Positions 54,935 through 64,000 of a stretch of 64,000 bases of DNA are shown one piece after another (within the stretch, counting starts at the first letter, position 1; each line of letters starts with the position of its first letter). Made by a program: the position numbers and the translations under genes. The stretch comes from Octopus vulgaris (lineage: Eukaryota): assembly GCA_951406725.2 (NCBI GenBank), contig OX597828.1, forward strand, positions 67,208,001 through 67,272,000, in the 5' to 3' direction. The notes below the pieces were generated by a model. That model saw nothing but the letters and a program-made list of their open reading frames with translations. It ran no database searches and was not told the origin of the DNA.

Positions 54935-54958
54935 TGCGTGTGTGTGCATATATATATT

Positions 54959-55003
<45 letters not shown>

Positions 55004-56271
55004 ATATTTATATATATGTGTGTATATATATATATGTATATATATATATACACACGCATATATATGCGTACATGTGTGTGTGTGTTTGTGTGTGTGTGCG
55101 TGCATGTGTATGTGTTTGTGTGTGTGTGCGTGCATGTGTGTGTGCTTGTGTGTGTGTTTGTGTGTGTGCTTGTGTGTGTGCTTGTGTGTGTGTTTGTGTT
55201 TGTGTGTGTGTGTGTGTGTATGCGTGCGTGCGTGCGCGTGTACCTGCGTGCCTGTGTCTGCGTGCCTTCGTTTGTGTATGTAGTTCAGTGTAAAGTGTAC
55301 TCTTGTGCCAATTGCTTTTTGCTGATTCCATAATATCAAAATTGGACGATAGATAATTCTTCGCCCCACCACCACCACCACCAACAGCCGCCGCCTCCAC
55401 CAACACTACTCTACAACACCAACACCACCGCCACCACCCTGCAACACCACCGCCACCACCACCCTGCAACACCACCGCCACCACCCTCTGCAACACCACC
55501 GCCACTGCCGCCACTGCCGCCACTGCCGCCACTGCCGCCGCCGCCGCCGCCGCCACCGATAACATCTCACCCCACCCAGCACCGCAGATCATTCCAGATA
55601 TCACTTCCAGACTACCTGCTACCTGTTTCTTAAGAAGTAGGTCAACCGGGGTAAGGTAGAATTAAGTGTTCGGTTGTAAATATACACAATGAGTTGATGT
55701 GGATTTCGGTGCATTTGCCTGTGTGCTGCTTGCTACTTGCAAACCTATCTACTCATCATTTCAATTTGATTACCATGTCAGTCTGCAGAACTCTGTGTAT
55801 GTGTGTATGTGTGTGTGTGTGTGCGTGTGTGCGTACGAGCGCGGGAATGTGTCTGGATGTCTGTGTCTGTGTGTATGTATGTATGTATACCTGTTTGTTT
55901 ATACCTGTAAATGTGATTAGAAGTCATACATAAATCACCTTCTCTCTCTTCGTCCCCTCTATCTTTCTCCCTCGCTCCCCCACTCCCTCTCTAGCCCTCT
56001 CTCTCTCTTATATACAGACACCGAGGCATATACGTACACATGCTAATTAATATAGGTGTACGTATATGTATTTATGTATGGGTACATATGCGTACGTACC
56101 TGTGAGCGTGTTCATGTAATTGTATGTTGGTGCATGTGTGTGTGTATGTGTGGTGTGTGTTTGCATGCATCTATGTATATATATATATGTGTCTGTGTGT
56201 GTGTGTATTCATATATACTTGTGTGTATGTATGTATGTATATATATATTTATATATATATATAATACCTAC

Positions 56272-56309
<38 letters not shown>

Positions 56310-56345
56310 GTCTATCTTTCTATCTATCTGTGTGTGTGTGTGTAT

Positions 56346-56468
<123 letters not shown>

Positions 56469-56825
56469 GTATACATACATACATACACACATACATATAC
56501 ACATATACAGGCAGTCTCCTCTCATACTACTCTGTCTCAAAGGATTTTAGTTATAAATCATCTAATGTTATCTAAGAATGTACTTATGTTAAATTCTGAA
56601 AGTTCTTTTGAAAACAGGTTGTATTCCATCTCAACCACCGCCACCGCCATCAGCGCAACGAATGCCTCCCCCCTCCTCCCCCACTACCTCACCGCCTCTA
56701 CCTCCAGCATCGTCGTCATCGCCACCACCAGCCACCATTAGCAACTTCATTATTCATTATCATGTTGCTGTTAAAGATTAAACTTCATCTGAAAAGAGGA
56801 CAGAGAATATGGAGGAAGTACGGTT

Positions 56826-56863
<38 letters not shown>

Positions 56864-56941
56864 TTTCTCTCCCTCTCTTCCACACACGCAAGGTTTAACA
56901 TAAACACATCTACTCTCTCATATATATATATACGTTCATGA

Positions 56942-56999
<58 letters not shown>

Positions 57000-57086
57000 T
57001 ATATACATATATACATTATACATATATATATATACATACATATATATATATATACATACATACATACATATATATACGTTCATGAT

Positions 57087-57119
<33 letters not shown>

Positions 57120-57206
57120 CATACATGCATACATACATATATATATACATACATACATACATACATATATACATACATACATACATATTTATATATATAT
57201 GTATAT

Positions 57207-57362
57207 ATTGTTTCTCACCTTGTTTTTTCTCTGTCCCTTTCTGTAGAAGAGCGTTGGCTCGAAACGTAAAAGACTTTTTCTATTCCTGAGCGTTACACTA
57301 ATACATCTGTTTGTTTTGTACACCACCTGTCTTCGTCTTTTGTTTTTTTCGTAAACCCTCCC
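57207..57362 (+). repeat. Family P1 copy
   Basis: ctgtagaagagcgttggctcgaaacgtaaaagac at 57241-57274; TA-rich flanks. Confidence 0.85.
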
Positions 57363-57366
57363 TATA

Positions 57367-57402
<36 letters not shown>

Positions 57403-57691
57403 TGTATGTATGTATGTATGTATGTATGTATGTATGTATGTATATACATAATAACTATAAGGGTGGCCTTTATGAAGTCGCCTCGACATGCTGAACATAG
57501 CTGTCAAATGTTTGCTCAAACGAAACAGCTTTTACAAAAGAACCCATCTTGTAATACAATTTTAAGTATACTATGTCAGAAAATGTGGAGACAGTCACGA
57601 CTGGAATTCATTTAATCTTCGATCTACTGATTCTGGGTTGACCCTGACCCACGTACATACACCCAGACGCATACACACACACACACACACA

Positions 57692-57761
<70 letters not shown>

Positions 57762-57811
57762 CATATATACAGAGAAATACAAACACTTTCATACAAACAA
57801 TTACACATACG

Positions 57812-57975
57812 CGTAGGTGTGGCTTTATGGTAAGAAGCGAGCTTCTCAACCACATGGTTACGAGTTCAGTCCCACTGCCTGTCAACTTGCGCAAGTGTCT
57901 TCTACTATAGCCTCGGGCCGACAAAAGCCTTGTGAGTGGATTTGTTAGATGGAAACTAAAGGAAGTCCGTCGTGT
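57812..57975 (+). mobile_element. SINE-A 5' half
   Basis: gtggctttatggtaag..gttcagtcccactgc..gcaagtgtcttctactatagcc. Confidence 0.85.
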
Positions 57976-58145
57976 ATACATTTATAAACGAGTAGGTGTG
58001 TGTGCGCGTGCGTGTGCGTGTGAATGTATGTGTATGTGTGTATGCGTGTACGTGTGTGTGTGAATGTATGTGTATGCATGTGTGAGTGTACGTAAGTGTG
58101 TCTGTGTGTGTAGAAGTGATATATATATTTACACATATATGTATA

Positions 58146-58211
<66 letters not shown>

Positions 58212-58234
58212 AGCAGCAGAAAATTCAACAAAAT

Positions 58235-58272
58235 CTGTTACTCTGAGTTTCTCGTTGCCGTTCATCAGACAG
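58235..58272 (-). ncRNA. Minimal type I hammerhead ribozyme candidate
   Basis: CUGU-CUGAUGA-A-CG(GCAA)CG-A-GAAA-CUCAGAG-UA^-ACAG, in a ~70-bp island between (TA)n. Confidence 0.65.
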
Positions 58273-58365
58273 TTTATACATATATATGTATATATATATA
58301 CATATATATGTATATATATACGTACTAACACGTAAGTATGCGTTTATATATGTATATATATATAC

Positions 58366-58459
<94 letters not shown>

Positions 58460-58469
58460 GTATATATAT

Positions 58470-59216
58470 ATATGTCTGCGGGTTTGTTTGTGGCGTTGTT
58501 AGCTAGCTCCTCCTACATCGTTTTATCAATTTTGTGGAAACTCATGTCTGGAAACCTCTTGGCATACTCAGATTGTTGAAAGAAAATCGATAATAGGGCT
58601 CCTGGAAGGAATCCTAATATATAGCCAAGAGAAATAACTCATTCATTTTCCTAAATTATTTGGTAAAAATGAAATTGAGTATGTTTATTTCTTAGTATTT
58701 GAACTGTTAGAGTTATTTTCGTAATTTATCCAATACAACCCTTAAACAAGTAAATAGTATTTTCCTAAACAGTAATATTCTCTGGGAACGCACAAAAGCC
58801 CTTTAAAGAGTTATATACTTTTAATTGTTATTATCTCATATCTGATTAGCCTGTTATTACATAACATGCTTCACGATTTTATTATACATACCTTATTAGT
58901 ATTTCCTCCAATGTTCTATATACTCTGGGAACGCATTAAAGACCTTTTGGGGGATACTTTATTTGAATTCTTACGGCAGGTAACTAATTTTGTGCTATTA
59001 CATAACTGACTTCACAATTTGGGTATTCATAACTTATTGGGAATTCCTAAATCAAGATCCTGTGTAAGACAGTTCAGTATTCTCTGTAAATGCACAAAAA
59101 CCGTTTTATGGGCTACATACTTTGTGTTGTTGTTATTGGATTAGCAAAACAATTATGAGAACGGAACCAAGTGATAAACCCCGCTTTCCCGGGAATTACC
59201 GGGTACGTCAGCTAAT
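58470..59216 (+). mobile_element. Putative Helitron-like element with internal ~150-bp tandem repeats
   Basis: 3' hairpin cccgggaattaccggg then ctaa|t; ctctgggaacgca-like unit at ~58780, ~58923, ~59082. Confidence 0.45.
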
Positions 59217-59245
59217 ATGTGTGTGTGTGTGTATGTATGTATGTA

Positions 59246-59800
59246 TTATGTCAGGTCACTTTCGAGTGCTACTGGTAACATGTAACCCAGTACAACCTGT
59301 TGCATGGTCGGGTCGTCGGCGACTAAACCGGCAACCCCACCAAGCTTGCTTGGTGAGGAGGCTGTTTATTGGACACCCTGCGGGATGAAAAACAAAACCC
59401 GTCAAAGGGCGGAGGAACTCTTGAGAGTCAACGGTCATCCAATAAATGTCTTAAGGCTGTATCATGCGCGGGGACATAGAAATAATCGGACTGAATACCC
59501 GATCGCGCGGTTAAACCATTGGGAGTGAAGGACTCATAGCCTTTGTTAAGGCATCCTTCTAGGAGAAGGTAACTCAGGTAACTGGGATAACTCCGACATA
59601 AAACCTGCGGCTCAGTGGTTACCGATGATGTTGAATTGTTCTTCTTTTCAGATTATGGCTGCTGTTGCTTAGTGAGTGGGATTGACTCAGTACACAGCTT
59701 TTCCTCACTTTTAAAAAATCTTCTTGCACAGGCATTGCACGATAACAACACTGATTAAGCTTCGTGCAATGGCCATACTCGATAACGAGGGGCAGCCACC
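59246..59800 (+). mobile_element. Unclassified interspersed element with RTE-like 5'UTR motif
   Basis: GC-richer block between TATG runs; ggcatccttctaggagaaggtaactc resembles an RTE 5'UTR motif (from memory); no ORF. Confidence 0.4.
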
Positions 59801-60019
59801 ATATGTATATATTTAAGATCTACAAAGATCAGAACTTCACTGCAGCTCTTGATGGTCCAACTCAGATATACAACGCAATGCATGTGAGTGTCTTTTCAGT
59901 ACAATGTCTGCCACATCAGACACCATGATGCATCGAAGGTATAGGTGCATGAGATGTTCAAACTGCATGAGGAGTAGACAACCACCACATATATATATAT
60001 ATATGTATATGTATGTATA

Positions 60020-60056
<37 letters not shown>

Positions 60057-60302
60057 ATGCATACATATATTAAATAAAAGGATATACGCATACACAAATG
60101 CGTGTGAATACACATAATCATACACATACAAATGCAATACTCTGTAGATACACACACACACACACACGGAAGACACATACATACGCGCACGAGCAGCTGC
60201 AAATACGCTTAAAATAAATTACTGGTTCATGTTTGAAAAGTACAAGAAAATTTTGTCAGCACTGGGAGGTTAACAAAACAATTATAGAGTGATTCTCTGC
60301 AA

Positions 60303-60715
60303 GGCGCAGGAATGGCTGTGTGGTAAGTAGCTTGCTAACCAGCCACATGGTTCCGGGTTCAGTCCCACTGCGTGGCATCTTGGGCAAGTGTCTTCTGCTA
60401 TAGCCCCGGGCCGACCAATGCCTTCTGAGTGGATTTGGTAGACGGAAACTGAAAGAAGCCTGTCGTATATATGTATATATATGTATATGTATGTGTGTGT
60501 GTGTTTGTGTGTCTGTGTTTATCCCCCTTGCATTGCTTGACAATCGATGCTGGTGTGTTTACGTCCCCGTAATTTAGCGGTTCGGCAAAAGAGACCGATA
60601 GAATAAGTACTGGGCTTACAAAGAATAAGTCCCGGGGTCGATTTGCTCGACTAAAGGCGGTTGCTCCAGCATGGCCGCAGTCAAATGACTGAAACAAGTA
60701 AAAGAGTAAAGAGTA
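60303..60715 (+). mobile_element. SINE-A full length
   Basis: Family match. Confidence 0.92.
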
Positions 60716-61248
60716 ATGTGTTATTAGATGTGCCAACTCACTCTGCTATAGAAAATAGTTATAGCTTCTATTCCAGACTCACATTGGACTTTATTATAAT
60801 GTTTAATATCATCTGTGTGATATAATCTCTATGTAATACCATCTGTGTGCAATATCTTTGATATTATTTATACTGAGACATCGCAAGTATTTCACTCTCA
60901 ACTTTAATTAATGCGTTTATTTCTTGCCTCATAAGCATAGCACGTAGTCAAGACTCCTCTTTATGTTATACATTAATAGAATGATCTATCCTGATAATGC
61001 TAAGTGAATCATCTTACGGAGTCAAAGTAGTGCAGTTAAAAAGTCAAAAATAATTTACAACACCTAATTTAAGGGAGAATTGCAGTCAGTCTGTAGTTTA
61101 ACTGATAACAAAGTCGCCTGGTATATATGATACATACTTAATACAGGACCCAAAGCGAGTTTGTTGGATTGCTTTTTTTTACTGTCTCCAATAATTACTT
61201 ATGATGTCTGATTAGCCCCAGCTATTATAAACTCTGTGTATTTCTCTC

Positions 61249-61409
61249 TGATGATGATGATGATGATAATAATAATAATAATAGTAATAATAATAGTAAT
61301 AATAGTAGTAATAATAGTAGTAATAATTGTAGTAATAATAGTAGTAATAATAGTAATAATAATAATAATAATAATAGTAATAATAATAGTAATAATAATT
61401 GTAATAATA

Positions 61410-61493
<84 letters not shown>

Positions 61494-61657
61494 GTAATAA
61501 TAATAATAGTAATAATAATAATAGTAATAGTAATAATAGTAATAGTAATAATAGTAATAGTAATAATAGTAATAGTAATAGTTGTAATAGTAATAATAAT
61601 AATGATGATGATGATGATGATGATGATGATAATAATAATAGTAATAATAATAGTAAT
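61249..61657. repeat. (AAT/AGT)n microsatellite
   Basis: Direct inspection. Confidence 0.95.
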
Positions 61658-61850
61658 GTTAGTTAGTTAGTTAGTTAATTTGGCTCAAAAGCAAATAGCA
61701 AGGCCATGTAGGGGGACATGGAGTTAAGTACAGGGTGGTGTTCATGTAAAGAGTTCAGGTCACTTGAGGTCCAGGGAGGCTTTGAACAAAGCGGTCGTCG
61801 GCATCTTCACCATCTCGTCTGGCAGCTTGTTCCACGGATCCGCAACCCGG
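61658..61850 (-). mobile_element. CR1-like LINE 3' end with (TAAC)n tail
   Basis: RVADPWNKLPDEMV..FKASLD translation; tandem tail. Confidence 0.7.
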
Positions 61851-61896
61851 AGTAATAATAGTAATAATAGTAATAGTTGTAATAGTAATACTAATA

Positions 61897-61945
<49 letters not shown>

Positions 61946-62164
61946 GGAGGAGGAGGAGGAGGAGGAGGAGAAGGAGGAGAAGGACTAGTCCTGGCGGAAC
62001 TTTCTGAATGGTGCACTTTATGAAAAATTACCTTCAATCTTTATCTGGTGATAAGCTTGTCTCGTGAGTTCGCTTCAAGTTAAAAAGGTTTCTCATATCT
62101 ATCTTTTGTCTTCGGAGGGTGGGGGTGGGATTGTGCTGAGGAGGGCAGGGTTGTCCGTTTAGTC

Positions 62165-62250
62165 TTTTGATTCGTTTCAGTCATTAGACTACGGCCATGC
62201 TGGGGCACCACTTTGAAGAATATTTTTGCGAAACGAATCGCCAACCCAGT
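62165..62250 (-). mobile_element. SINE-A 3' fragment
   Basis: gtttcagtcattagactacggccatgctggggcacc. Confidence 0.7.
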
Positions 62251-62299
62251 GTAATCTTCAGACAAAACAATAAAGTTTATAATAATACATGTGCAGATG

Positions 62300-62392
<93 letters not shown>

Positions 62393-62394
<2 letters not shown>

Positions 62395-62590
62395 GGAGAG
62401 TTTACGAAAAACACAAAAGACGAAGACAGGTGGTGTACAAAACAAACAGATGTATTAGTATAACGCTCAGGAATAGAAAGTCTTTTACGTTTCGAGCCTA
62501 CGCTCTTCTACAGAAAGGGACACAGAAGGAAACAAGGAGAGAAAAAAAGGAGAGAAAACAATGTGTAGTGGCTAACGATCTATCATGGCG
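62393..62590 (-). repeat. Family P1 copy
   Basis: Near-identical to 7487-7692. Confidence 0.85.
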
Positions 62591-62683
62591 ACTCATATAA
62601 ATGTATACCTGTGTATGTATGTATGTATGTATGTATGTATGTATGTATGTATGTATGTATGTATGTATCTATCTATCTATCCA

Positions 62684-62727
<44 letters not shown>

Positions 62728-62732
<5 letters not shown>

Positions 62733-62948
62733 CTTTACTACCCACAAGGGGCTAAACACAGAGGGGACAAACAAGGACAGACGAACGGATTAAGTCGATT
62801 ATATCGACCCCAGTGCGTAACTGGTTCTTAATTTATCGAACCCGAAAGGATGAAAGGCAAAGTCGACCTCGGCGGAATTTGAACCCAGAACGTAACGGCA
62901 GACGAAATACGGCTACGCATTTCGCCCGGCGTGCTAACGATTCTGCCA
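62728..62948 (-). mobile_element. SINE-B (Tx1-type tail) between (TA)n runs
   Basis: Near-identical to 9764-9995; target site cggcagacgaaatacg is uninterrupted. Confidence 0.9.
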
Positions 62949-63140
62949 TATATATATATATGTTTGTGTGCCATGTTATATAATGAAGGCAATTTAACAT
63001 TAAACTAATATTATTTAAACTCAATACTTTTTAGTAGTGTGTATGTTTATTGAACTTTTACAAGGAAACATGACCTCGACGTTTCGGCTCGCTCACCTTT
63101 GCATGTGTGTATGTGGGTGTATGTGCGTGCGTGCGCGCGT

Positions 63141-63177
<37 letters not shown>

Positions 63178-63297
63178 TGTGTGTGTACTTCACTGCTAAA
63201 GGCATTCATGGATCAGATGTAGTTACTCAAGGTTTGGTCTACCACCCAATAATCAATTACACACACATATATACATAAATACGCGTGCATGTATGTG

Positions 63298-63349
<52 letters not shown>

Positions 63350-63795
63350 CGTGTGTGTGCACACGTCGGTACGTGTATGCGTAACTCTCAAAATCAGGTG
63401 CTAGTGCTAATGTGAGAATGAATTTCACACTGCTTTAACAGTTTCTCTTTGTTCTTGTGTCTGCGAGTAATTTGTAAACTCTTAGTCTGTAGAATCGCGC
63501 AGCCTGGTTTGGCAGCTGCAGCATAAAACCATTTCCTTGGTCCTCCAAAAAGAACAAAAAAAAAAAGAGGAAGAAAGACAATTGGCTGATAAACTTGGCG
63601 TTTAGTTGAAACTTTTCAAAGAGTAACAATAATTGGAAAATACGAGCAGACATCTTGTGGTTTTTGTTGTTGTTTAGTTCCATCTTGTCCGAGCAAACAG
63701 ATGATTAAAAGAGTTCCAGTGTTCCTTCGCTATCTTTTTCCGTACTTATTAAACATATGACTCCATTATACAACGGGATCCTACTATCTTATTTC

Positions 63796-64000
63796 ATTAC
63801 ATCGAGCCCAGTGCGTAACTGGTACTTATTTAATCGAACACGAAAGGATGAAAGGCAAAGTCGACCTCGGCGGAATTTGAACTCAGAACGTAACGGCAGA
63901 CGAAATACCTATTTCTTTATTACCCACAAGGGGCGAAACACAGAGGGGACAAACAAGGACAGACAAAGAGATTAAGTCCATTACATCGACCCCAGTGCGT
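63796..64000 (-). mobile_element. SINE-B nested in SINE-B (runs off window)
   Basis: Host SINE-B 63796-63908 breaks after cggcagacgaaatac and is followed by the 3' tail of a second SINE-B from 63909. Confidence 0.88.

Noticed and set aside
63435-63683. 82-aa minus-strand ORF or possible exon after a pyrimidine tract
   Set aside because: No recognisable domain, weak acceptor (gag) and no clear donor

Overview
Repeat-saturated eukaryotic DNA, most likely an Octopus/coleoid cephalopod intron or intergenic region (inferred from recalled SINE families and extreme microsatellite density). No host protein-coding gene is supportable; almost all ORFs in the track are microsatellite artefacts. The window holds two abundant tRNA-derived SINE families (A and B here), a full-length L1/Tx1-clade LINE (39636-45263, minus), and remnants of RTE, R4/Dong-like, CR1, Gypsy, Tc1/mariner and Helitron elements. 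Two signals stand out. (1) A candidate self-targeting LINE/SINE pair: the Tx1 LINE sits inside a SINE-B copy with a 16-bp TSD, SINE-B shares its 3' tail with that LINE family, and another SINE-B is inserted into a SINE-B at the same site (63908/63909). (2) At least four small repeat families lodged in or next to (TA)n tracts carry type I hammerhead-ribozyme-like motifs with palindromic stem III and non-canonical junctions, two of them in long head-to-head inverted repeats resembling Penelope-like element termini. All alignments and folds were done by eye.
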